This document shows, one piece after another, positions 11,621-21,956 of a stretch of 43,856 nt of DNA. The translations under genes and the position numbers were made by a program. The DNA is from Neoechinorhynchus agilis (taxonomy: Eukaryota; Animalia; Acanthocephala), in contig JBMGUZ010000018.1 of NCBI GenBank assembly GCA_051530055.1, forward strand, positions 1-43,856. The letters run 5' to 3'. The notes beneath the pieces were generated by a model that was not told the origin of the DNA, searched no databases, and was given only the letters and a program-made list of their open reading frames with translations. The first letter of the stretch is position 1. Each line of letters starts with the position of its first letter.

Positions 11621-12049
11621 GAAACGGACGGCCTAGGGGCTTGAGTGACAGCTCATTACTGCACCTCCTTCAAAAATGTAAGAATGGCCAACGCGCACTC
11701 ATTCATTAAACGATCAGTCAATGGACGTCAGTTCCTCGACAACGACGTCAACAAGCCATCCTGTGTGAGACGTTTGTTCAGCTCTGCCTCCGCTTGGCAC
11801 ATCAAGTAGCGCAACTAAGCTATGTCGCCTTTCCTCATGTTATTCGTCAAGACTTTAGCGGCGTCACTAAATGAAGAAGTTCTGGTTGTACGATGGTCAA
11901 ATATGTTTTTTCTTTGCTTCCGTTCGCCTACGCAAACTTTCTACGGTTTCAAGTCGGGCCTCCGCAAGAAGTTGACACACATCTCCCCTCCAGTGTCGCC
12001 GCACTAATCCATTGTGTCCTGAACGCGTGTAAGTCTTTTTGACTTGATT

Positions 12050-12380
12050 GCGGGAGCGAGTCGCTTGTTGCTTAAAAGAAGGTACTGGAGCAGCGCCGGG
12101 GCATCGCGTCTCGGCATCGTGAAGAATCCTGCCGAAGTAGGCTACCAGGATTCGTCTTTGGTCGGTCTGTGACGGGCTGCGCCGACTGCCAATTCCGAGG
12201 CATCAGTGACGATGGCGAGCGCTGCTCCTTGTTGAGGTGAGCAATGGTGGTTGCGTATCACGATGTGGTGCTGGGCCTGATGTCGAGCAACCGAGTTGAA
12301 CCTTTGGGTGATGACGGCCTGGTACTTGAGCTGTAGCCTGGCCAGGACGCTGACCAGGCCAGTCTCGTCGGGGGGTCACC
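12050..12380 (-). mobile_element. Ty3/Gypsy Pol remnant (protease-RT linker fused to RNase H start, internal deletion)
   Basis: Frame gives SVARHQAQHHIV and PQQGAALAIVTDASELAVGAA...SW*PTSAGFF (the TDAS..AVGA RNase H motif). Confidence 0.65.
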
Positions 12381-12399
12381 AATTTAGCGGCGTCACTAA

Positions 12400-13062
12400 A
12401 TGAAGAAGTCCTTTATTATTGTTATCTACAATGGTCAAATATGTGTTGTCCTTCATTCTGTTCGCCAACACAAACCTACGATTGCACGCCGAGCATCCGG
12501 AAGAAGTTGCCACAAGACAAACACCATCTCGGCAAACCTTCCATGCAGATACGTGGGTATATTCGGATGCTCGTGGTTCATCATGTAAGCCGGCAAGGGT
12601 GCAGATTCTTCAAGCCAAAAGTCGGCTACAGCGCTCTGGGTGCGTTGCATGCGAAGCTCGTTCGTCTCGACAAAATATAGCCAATAACCCGAAAGCATCC
12701 CTAATACCACGTTGGCCAGAGTATTGTTTCTCGCCGATTGAAGAATATGGACTAGCTGAGATAGCCAGAACCTTCAACTTTCGGCAAGTGAAAACTTTTT
12801 CAACAGTTTCTCGACCAACTTTCGGCTGCCCTCATAAGAACCTAAAAAGGCCGCAATCGCGAAATCATCTGTTTTACGGAATACCCAAAGTGCCGGAAGA
12901 TACAAGCAAGGAAGCTTGTCTTCATGCCTCATCCGACAGTTGGATATTCCCTTTGAGACACCTCCGTAATCGTCATCGATTTTCCTCAAAGAGTGTCGAT
13001 GTTTGAAGAAGGGCGCTGTACGCAACTTGTACAGCAATTTCGGAAGGAACAGGGCACAATGG
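12400..13062 (-). mobile_element. Second, degenerate CRE-clade fragment
   Basis: ALFLPKLLYKLRTAPFFKH and AIAAFLGSYEGS versus ALFIPKLLYKVRTATFFKH and ALPAFLGSFEGS in the 5308-9767 element. Confidence 0.8.
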
Positions 13063-13068
13063 AATCCA

Positions 13069-14593
13069 TGCGGATTCTAGCGAGCCAAAATGCGACGAGC
13101 AAACCAACGCCAGGTGAGTTCCACAAAAACCTCATATCGATTCCATTATTTCAAATGAGTTTAGGAGTGTCATTTCCTTCAATGAATTCAACTCGAAGTA
13201 ACGAGCCAGTAAATCTTGATAGAATATTTGCCGGTTTGTTGAGAATGGCACCTTCGAACACTGCGGCGTCCGCATTGTCAGTGGCCGCAAACTTAGCAAA
13301 CGCCCAGCAACAGTGTTTCCGAATAACTTCCGAGCAGTCCAAGGAGCAAAAATCGGCCGAAACAAATCGAATGATTGGCGATACCAACCAAGAACTTGAA
13401 GATTTAATGCAATTCATAATTCAAAATGCCGATGCCATCGCTGAGAGTCGTCCGCCGCAAATCTTTCCGAGAATAAATGATAATAATCGAGTCGGCGTCA
13501 TCAGTCTCGAGATGGTAGATGAACGCCAAGATTCAGTCGGCAATCCTCAAGCTTTTCTTCCAAAAACATCGCAGCCAACAATGCCTTGGATTTGTGCAAA
13601 ATGCGGAACTTTCTTAACTTTATCGTGGCATAAATATAAAGGTTCGGTCTACAGCTTTTCATGCGCTGACTCGGTAGGATTTTCCGAATGGGAACCGGCC
13701 ATTCGCGAACTATTTGAAAAATTCCTGGATTCAGAATGGATTCGTCCTGTTCTCGATCCGGACCACAGCACAAACATTGACCAAAGAACTCAAATCTCAA
13801 CACCACGAAGATCGGCAAGGTCAGAGGAGGAACTCGAGATTGAAGACACAACAAAAATAAGTGAACCAACTCGGGAAAACATTCCATCGGTTCACAATTC
13901 GCCGGTTGAAAAATCATCTGACGTTTTTATCCATCAAACTGACCATCAAACGGAAACTAATTTGTTTCAGGCAAATGAAGGAGCCACCAATTCTCTTCCA
14001 CCAATAGAAATTGATAGCAGTACAAACAGAACAAAAGATAAAGAAGGAGAATCTCAATGTAGAGATAGTTCGTCTGCGAGCAATTTTGTAAGACGAGAGT
14101 AATTTTGATAAATAAGTTTTTATTTGTACGTCTGCATTAAGTTATTTCCAAAATACGATATGGAACGGTTGTTAGAGTGAAATCAGAATTGTAAACTTTA
14201 AGCGATCCGGGCTTTGTAAATGTGTTCTTCACAATCCCGGATATAAAATATTTTATCGAGATTTTTCGAAAGATAAAGCCTCGCCAAGCGATGCAGAGCT
14301 CCATGAGGTTTGTCGCCTAACAACTTACAACAACAACAATAATAACGACGACAACAATTGCAAACAAATTAAATTCCTTTTTTATAGGAATTTTTGTGAC
14401 CACAAATAGCAAAGACGATTTTCGGCGTATTTTTTGGAAACCAATCTCAGGTTTTGTTTTTCAATTGAAACTTAGCCGGGCTGTGGTAATGATAAAGAAA
14501 ATCTTTATATTCGAGCTTTCGTCGTCTTGCTCGAAAATCTACAAAGGCTCATGGAGATGTAAAGTTTGCTAGCGACATCGAAGCCGGGACTTT
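13069..14593 (+). pseudogene. Probable multi-exon host gene of unknown function with a half-LIM-like zinc finger, 5' end overwritten by the CRE fragment (paralog at 33598-35062)
   Basis: Long open frame to 14102 with WICAKCGTFLTLSWHKYKGSVYSFSC (paralog has ..VYCFSC). Donor-like AG|GTGAGT at 13114 and further GT..AG-bounded short segments downstream; exon structure not resolved. Confidence 0.5.
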
Positions 14594-15574
14594 AGCAGTT
14601 CTTGGGCTTTTTTGAGATGATTTCCTTTCTCTACGGCCCGGAATGTAGGTTCCTTGGCGATTCCATTGCTGAAAAAATTAGATTTGCACTTTGTCGAAAC
14701 TTTGTTTACGAAATTAACTGAGAACGATATTTGGCCAATTGCAATCGCGATTTCGCTTGGATGGGCCGTTGATATGATAAAGAAAATCTTTAATTTCGAG
14801 CTTTCGCAGTCTTACGGCTGACGGGAAACGTTCGTAAACTCCTGAATCCGGACGCATAATCTATGCTATCTCCCGTACTTGAACCTTTAGAAAATAGCCG
14901 AAGAATCGAAGGATTCAATTTATTTTAAGATGAGCTTTCTAAAGACTATTTTCAAGTGCTGGATTTGTCCAAAAATTATCCAAAAAAGTGAATTATTGTG
15001 TTAAACGAAGAAGCAAACTGCGACTGTAGAGGTTTCTTTTTTTATAGATACCCATTTTCGTTAAACAGAATTGTTGAAAATTAATGATTTTTTCTTTGAA
15101 GGTTACTCATTTTTCAAAAACTCTTCGGTTGGTTTTAGAAATCACCTCTAACGAGGTTTTAAGACGATTAATTCTTTTTAGTGTGTCTTTAAAAGAAAAA
15201 TGTCAGGAAATCAAACGAACAACTAAACAAGAAGGTGGATGTTCGGAAATGTACCAATAATCCCCAATAACAAATCAATTAGTCCGTAACAATAACGACT
15301 GTCAATTGGTTTCAACTGAGTTACACTTTATCCCAGGAAACAAATTCTCTTTTTTCATAGCTTCCTGATTTCATTGTTCCACTCGCGCATTTTGTTGTCA
15401 TCTTTTTTAAACATTCTTCTTTAAATTGATTCAAGAAGTCGGCTAAAGGTTTGTTGGAATTCTACGAAAATAAATCGTTTAGTTCGTGTTCCCTTAGCCA
15501 CTTTACGGTCTCTCTTTATCTTATTAATTAGTTAAAATTAAAATATTTTAATTGGCGTTGATGAATTTCGATCT

Positions 15575-16280
15575 TCATGAATTCATTGCGACTCCTCCAA
15601 AAGGATCCATTCCATTTGCGATCCAAACACGGCTCACGGAAAGGGCAAACTGAGATTGTACTTTAAAAGTAACAAAGCGGAACTGAGATCCATCGGCCTT
15701 GCATTTTACTTTAATCCGCTCAATCGCTAGATAAAAATAAAATGCTTTGAAGATATGTTCCCTGGTGGATTTTTCGGACGCGAATTGGATAAAAAATGGA
15801 TATTTTCGAAATATCTTTTGTTCGTTGACCACGGAGCGGATTTGAGTTCAAATTCGCGTTTTCCGTGCACTTCGGTGTAATATTTAACCAAAAATTCAAA
15901 TATAACATTCGGCTGAGCGTAAAAAACGAGGTCAATCGCAGACCGACGGAATGCCGCATTTTTGTTTGCAAAAATACTCAGCAAAGTGGCATGGAGATTG
16001 AGATTCCTGAACCTTTCACCGGATGCGAATAATGATGGTATTCTCGACGGAGAAAACTTTTTTATAGGTAATGAGCGTGTTTGTGAGACGCTGAGAAAGT
16101 CCCCGATACCGCCGTTGTCTTCTACCTTCATTTCCACGAATCCTGCTCAAGAGTTGGCTACGATCTTTTACCGAATCTTCGAAATGTCTATTCTTGGTTC
16201 ACGCGTAAAGATTTTGTCAGAATTTTGTCAAATGCAATCCTTGCGCTTATTTTTAGTTGTTCTCTTGCGCGAATGATTAA
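15575..16280 (-). pseudogene. Decayed ORF of unknown family
   Basis: Overlapping minus-strand frames 15727..16137 and 15575..15832 with protein-like composition and upstream in-frame stops; no recognisable motif. Confidence 0.25.
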
Positions 16281-16855
16281 TTGCATTTGAATAAAGGCAT
16301 TGCGGTTTAAGGAACTTTGTCAAAGTTGTATAGATATTAAAAATCCTTTTTAAAAATTACCCGCTTACAGCAACATTTTCTAATTCCATCGATGAACTTC
16401 GTTTTTCACGTTGATTTTGGAGTTTTGTAATATAATTCTTAACTCTCAATATGAATTCTGATGGTGGTCGAGTCAAAAACGTATCGATGCTTAATTTTAA
16501 GAATCATTCATATTATTGATTTCAAGTTAAGTCTCCGCTGGATTTAATGAAAGTTCTGGACTTTTTATAAAAGCTAAAATGAATTTATTTGATTATTTCG
16601 CTACAACAGGAAAATTTAGCACCCGAACAAAAATCGATGGTTTATTGAAACCAATCAATAATAGCGAATATGTGTGTGAAAGCGTCAATCGCTCACAATA
16701 AACTTTATTTCAAGCTAACATCTCGCTTTATCTGTGATTCCAAGCTAAGAAACCCCAAGGATGTCTTCATCCCATTGTTGGAACCACAGAATACGCGAGG
16801 ATTCGTTAATCCCCGCTTTTCACTTGCCCCATTAAGCAATCCGATTCAGTTGAAC

Positions 16856-19108
16856 TCAATTTTCTCCTTGAAAATTGCCTGCATTCTCATCCAAGCGTTT
16901 CGCAGCTTCCTCGTCGACCCGATTATAGTCTTCCAAACTATGTATATAAAACAACTTAGGATCGATTGTTGTTATTGTCCTGAAAAGCAAATCCTCTGTA
17001 ACGGGCCTTTCAATACTTTCTTTGATCGCCATTGCAGTTTGGAAAGTATTGGCGATGTCTTTATCGTTTCTGACCCGAATCATCTTCCATTCACCTCCCT
17101 CGACAACGCATTCGATTATCTTTTCATTGCATTGAAACAATTGAGCCGTGAGTCGAATCCGGGCGAACGGTTCATTGTACTTTCTAACATACAGAAATCC
17201 ACCAGAACCGATTTTTCGCTTTTCCATCACGTGGCCAGGAATTACCAATTTGAAGTCGACCGAATTCAGTCGTGTAGGTTTATACTTTAGCAGCTCGTAA
17301 AATGTTCCAAAAATATAAGGCATATAAACGGGCTGAAATATAAGACCGTCTGTCTCATGAGGGAGTTCTCTTTTAAACTTCTCATTCAAAAGATGTTTAC
17401 TGTGTTTGAGGCCGTAAAAATCCTTTCTTCGAATCCCAAACGGTTCTCGACTTCGGTCTATCGCTCCGCATTCCATTGCACGATGACGAGGCAAAATAAT
17501 CTCTCTCAAAATGAGTTCCAAGCGTTTATCAAAGTCGAGTTCTTTACCGGCAGGATGCCCGTTGAATGCCAAGACGTCGAATATAAGAAATCGAGGAATC
17601 CGTTTGCCTTCAACTACATCTTCAACCATCTCTCCATCAAGTAAAGTCTGACGAAGATGATCTTTGGTGCCGCGTTTCGTCACAAACGTCAGGTTTCTCA
17701 CTTTAAAGATTGAATTGCGCCGGTCAATCATATAAATTTCGTTTTTCGCTCGAATTAAACACAAATACCGGGTTCCGTCATCCTTCCAGCTTACGCGATA
17801 ATCCAACTGCCGCAATGTTTGGATATTATTGAGTGTCATTGATACCGGCTGGCTACCGATGAATCCTCTTCCATGACTTTCTGGACAAAGGTCCTTTATA
17901 TTTTGTCGAATTTCGTTGATTTTTCTTCGATCTCTGTCGTATCTTAGTCGATAGATGAACGGAACATCTACCGAGAAGCCCTCTGATAAACCTGTTGGTT
18001 GGTTTACTTCCTCATTCGAACTATCCAGAATGGAAGGATTTGGGTTTTCCGTTAGCGCGTCGATTTTCCTTTTTGATTTAAAATCTGCCGACTTTGGGTC
18101 AACTGCAACCCTTTTTCTACGTGGACTTTGTTCCCGGGTTTCCGAGTCCGTTGTTTGCGCCATTTGATTCGATCTTTTACGAAAACCGATGTCTTCATTT
18201 GATCTTTTTCTCGATTTCATGTGTTCATCCTCCTCTTTAATTATTTGAGTCTTGAGCGAAGCATTTAACTCAGTTTGATGATCAGCGGACGATTGCGAAA
18301 CTCTTCGCTTCGACCGAATGCTGTGCTCGTCCGAATCACTTATGGATCGTTTTCGTCCACCAGCGATCTTCTTTCTCTTAATATCGGCGATATCGATTAC
18401 GTCGTTTGCTTCTTGCTTTGATCCATAATTTGTACTGGTTTCCATACTCACGGCTGCTGTCGAATTCTTGGTGGATGCCGGATCCTTGGTATCAATTTTG
18501 CGCTTTAATAGCACGCCGGTTCGCCAACTCGAGTACCGTAATCTCAATCCGTGAATAACTCGAGGAGCTTGAATTCCTGGGGCACGACATCTCCGAAATT
18601 CCGCTATGGCACTTCTCAATTTCATTTTCTTCTTTTCAATCAGATAAGAAGAAATAAGAAAACCGGATTGATTGTATCCGCGTGTACAATGAACCGCGAT
18701 GACTGAATTCGGTTTCGATTCCAGAAGGCTATCACAAATCTCCATAAATCTGTTTTTGATTTCCTTTCTCGGATAATCCTTGTGTTCGTCGCAGGGCAGA
18801 CAATAGTGCAATACATTGAAATGATCTGTGAATTCTTTGCTTTGATAATATTCTTCGTTATTGATAAGGCTAATGATCCCGGCAATAGATCGATTTTCGG
18901 CAATTTGGTGCATCCGGTTAATAGCAATCGCAGGAGTGAATCGTTTTGCCTCTGGAATGAGCGAATCGTATTGTGACGATAAAGGAGTCTTGCAAACGAT
19001 AAAGCGGTCATTAATGAGATACGAACTCATCGGTGCTGTATTTAACCACTGATTAGGAATTCGTAGAATTGATTTTGGTTGAGTGATCGGGTTTTTTTCC
19101 GAAGTCAT
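16856..19108 (-). CDS. RNGTT: Bifunctional metazoan-type mRNA capping enzyme (RNA triphosphatase + guanylyltransferase), intronless, triphosphatase P-loop degenerate
   Basis: N-terminal IPNQWLN..RFIVCKTPL..YD..KRFTP and VHCTRGYNQSGFLI (canonical HCTHGFNRTG). GTase motifs: I WKDDGTRY, III LLDGEMV, IIIa FLIFD, IV DGLIFQP, V LLKYKP, VI RVRNDK. 750 aa in a single open frame with a long basic linker. Confidence 0.93.
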   Translation of the reverse strand: MTSEKNPITQPKSILRIPNQWLNTAPMSSYLINDRFIVCKTPLSSQYDSLIPEAKRFTPAIAINRMHQIAENRSIAGIISLINNEEYYQSKEFTDHFNVLHYCLPCDEHKDYPRKEIKNRFMEICDSLLESKPNSVIAVHCTRGYNQSGFLISSYLIEKKKMKLRSAIAEFRRCRAPGIQAPRVIHGLRLRYSSWRTGVLLKRKIDTKDPASTKNSTAAVSMETSTNYGSKQEANDVIDIADIKRKKIAGGRKRSISDSDEHSIRSKRRVSQSSADHQTELNASLKTQIIKEEDEHMKSRKRSNEDIGFRKRSNQMAQTTDSETREQSPRRKRVAVDPKSADFKSKRKIDALTENPNPSILDSSNEEVNQPTGLSEGFSVDVPFIYRLRYDRDRRKINEIRQNIKDLCPESHGRGFIGSQPVSMTLNNIQTLRQLDYRVSWKDDGTRYLCLIRAKNEIYMIDRRNSIFKVRNLTFVTKRGTKDHLRQTLLDGEMVEDVVEGKRIPRFLIFDVLAFNGHPAGKELDFDKRLELILREIILPRHRAMECGAIDRSREPFGIRRKDFYGLKHSKHLLNEKFKRELPHETDGLIFQPVYMPYIFGTFYELLKYKPTRLNSVDFKLVIPGHVMEKRKIGSGGFLYVRKYNEPFARIRLTAQLFQCNEKIIECVVEGGEWKMIRVRNDKDIANTFQTAMAIKESIERPVTEDLLFRTITTIDPKLFYIHSLEDYNRVDEEAAKRLDENAGNFQGEN

Positions 19109-19523
19109 TCTTGATGATTGATAGATATCGTAGACTATTTTTGAGGATTATAAGATCGTTTCGCTTTACTTGGTCGTTTTTGAAAAGGTTATCTCGGATT
19201 GCAAATAAGCAAACATGACGTAAATATTGATTTTGGACTCACAAATATTGAAAGAGTATTGTTATTTGGATATTAAGCGTTGAGTCACATGAAAGGCTTT
19301 CTATTATCATTGCTTTGACTCAGTTTAAGAAAACAGCAAATTTTTGGATTTAAGACTTTAACAGAAATTAAGCCCGCATTTTCCAATGAGGACGATGTCT
19401 CTGGCCGAATTCGATGATAACGAGCAATTCTTTAGATTTTATTCAAATAACAAATCACTTAAAAAATGCGTATCATTTGAATAACACGAATTCAGGTTTT
19501 GAAAGGCCTTAAAGATCTCATTT

Positions 19524-21392
19524 GTTAGACCCAGCGAATGTATAGCGCCCAGCAGATTTGCTGAACAAAGAATCTTAGGACTTATCATCCCGGGTAATCG
19601 TGATAGCCACAATCAACTCACAAAAAGGAGGATGATCGCCTACTGGCAAGGATTTATGAACTTGTTGCGGAATCTAGGCAGCTAAATTTTCTTTAACAGG
19701 AAAACCAACTTATTTTAGACTCTTTTAAACCTTTTGTAATGCCAACAAATGTAAAAGTGGCCAGCGAACGATTAGTGATTGTAATGCCGACACTAAGTTC
19801 ATCGATAAGCGACGTATTGAAATTAAAAAAAGAAGCTCCTTCGAAGGGAAGATCAATTGAAAGGATTTAAATAGACTTGTCGAATACATGGAAGAGTGGT
19901 CGAAAATCCATCACAGAAGGTAATCGTAAGCCGTCTTTGAAAGGAAAGAGATCCCCGGCGCATTTGGTTGGGCGTTAATTCCTGTGTTTTTCGATAAAGT
20001 TGGATATTCTAACATCAAGACTCTATTTGTCCTCTAAATCTATAGAATGCTTTAATCGATGTCTTATTAATGATTTTGATTTAATCGCATCCTTATCTTT
20101 GCAGCAGTTCGATCTTTTAGTGAAGAATTCAACCTCGAACACATGACGGTCTCCAAGTCTGCTCATTTTTTGTTTCTAATTCCTATAAACGATTCAATAA
20201 GGATAAAATCCAACGGCAAATTGGAATCTTCGTAAGGGCGACCACTTCTCCGATGGGTTCTGGAGGGTGATTACGAACAAGAAACCGTATCTTCTTCTAA
20301 TGTGGCAGCCGGCTAACGAAGCCGTGGAATAAATTTCTTATCAAGTTCTGTGAATTTCTATTAAAACCTTTCCCTTTTATTAGAATGTCGCATGTTCATT
20401 ACAATAAAATTCGGTAGCACGTTCATTCGAAAGCAACGCTTTAGGACGATTTCAGCATCTCCTGATTCTCAGTGTATTTGATCATTTCGAAGAAAATCGG
20501 CTTGCTCAATTGAATTTTGATCAGTCGGTGGATTGTCCACTGATTTCTCAACCGCTTGTTATCTTTTTCGAATTTATCCAAATTAAGCAACTGAAAACAA
20601 ATGCGGCTACAAAATACTAATTAAATAGCCCGTGAGATTTTCAGGTTTAAAGGAAATTTCAGTTCAATTCTTCCTTTGGGAGCATCGAGTCCAGTTAGAC
20701 AAAATGCGAACATCGAATAAATAAAATGACTTTATATTTGAATTCCCGTCACTTAAACGCAATGGGTTTTTAGCGTTTCAATTTTTAGGCCGTGAATCGA
20801 TATTTCTGATTGAAAAATAACGATTTTTTGTATATTGCCACCTTAAAGTTTGTAAATTTTCATTCGAAGAAGCTTAAAACTGTCCGTCGGTACAATAATA
20901 AACATTTTCTATTCAGCACTTTAGAAAACCCAATAAAATCGCTTTAAACCTAAGACTTTGAGCAAACAAACAAAATGACTACTTTTCCCGAATTGATTTA
21001 TCGATAAAGTCGACTAAAAATTTTAAATGTGCGCCGAATAATAAAACGGACCCGAATTCTGTCGTTTTTTCGTAACTTCCAAAACGCCGTCCGCTTTCTA
21101 AAGCGCTGCACCCGCGTTCCTCGCGTCGTTCTGTTTTGTTCTCCGGTGAATCGAGCGACTTTGGCGATGGTGGAAAATTGTTTACGTTCGTACCGAGGAC
21201 GAATGGAAGCGTCTCAATGCAAGTGAGTAATATTTTGAAATTGTGGGAAATCTCTGTTTTTTCTTTGCCTGTTCCACTGCTCAGGATCTATTTTTCCCCC
21301 GAGGTTGGCGTGTCCTCCCAGCTTTCGCGCTAGAAAGAATGGATTTCCCATCCTGCCGCACACAGCCTTCTCGGTCAACATTTAAAGCTTTT
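19524..21392. repeat. Segmental duplication, copy 1 (paralog of 35200-37048)
   Basis: Near-identical from 'gttagacccagcgaatg' to 'caacatttaaa.cttttt'; identical ORF calls at 21029/36684 and 21136/36791. Confidence 0.96.
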
Positions 21393-21945
21393 TGGGCGAC
21401 TGCGTCTGGCCCTGCCTTTTCCCATTATCGCTTCCTCTCAGGATTGTCCAGATACTGAAAGGCCTCCCATCCAAGCGCATCCTCCGGCTGTTGCGATATG
21501 CAAACGCCATGCTTGTGATACGCCCGCTCCATGTTGCCTGTCGCGTAGGCGGAGATGAACGAATGCATGTCGTCCGATGCGTATAGGGGCTTGTTCCTAT
21601 GCCCTGGTTCATGCCTGTCAACCCGCTTGCCCTTCTGAATTTCACCTCTTGGCCAATGGCTTGTGCCACCAAGGATGCAAGCTGAGGGCTCCCTTGGCCC
21701 AGCGAGGTTACTGGCACCCAGCGCCGCTTCGTCGTCCACGGTACACTATACCGTCGATTCAATCCTCGTTAATCCCCGTTAAAGGGTGATACGATTGGAG
21801 CTCATGCCTCGACCAATTGTCGTTCCAGGCGTTGATATCCGCACTGGCCCGGGATCGTCCTGGCGTCGCGGTCAGTGTCGCAGGTGTGGGGACTTTTTCG
21901 ATTGTCCTTACCCGCACAAGCCCAATTGTGGTCTTAAAAACTCAC
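21382..21945 (-). mobile_element. R2/NeSL-like site-specific retrotransposon, N-terminal (zinc finger/Myb-like) fragment
   Basis: VFKTTIGL, RHELQSYHPLTGINE and TTKRRW..LASLVAQAIGQEVKFRR resemble the R2 C2H2-to-Myb region; homologous to 37408-37545. Confidence 0.5.
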
Positions 21946-21956
21946 TTGGGTAAGCT

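Noticed and set aside
11820-12443. Direct repeat 'tttagcggcgtcactaaatgaagaagt' (~11854 and ~12382) as LTRs
   Set aside because: Only ~50 bp, with no TG..CA ends, PBS, PPT or TSD; more likely duplicated decayed coding scraps.
16670-17644. Plus-strand ORFs 16670..17290 and 17357..17644
   Set aside because: Antisense shadows of the capping-enzyme CDS.
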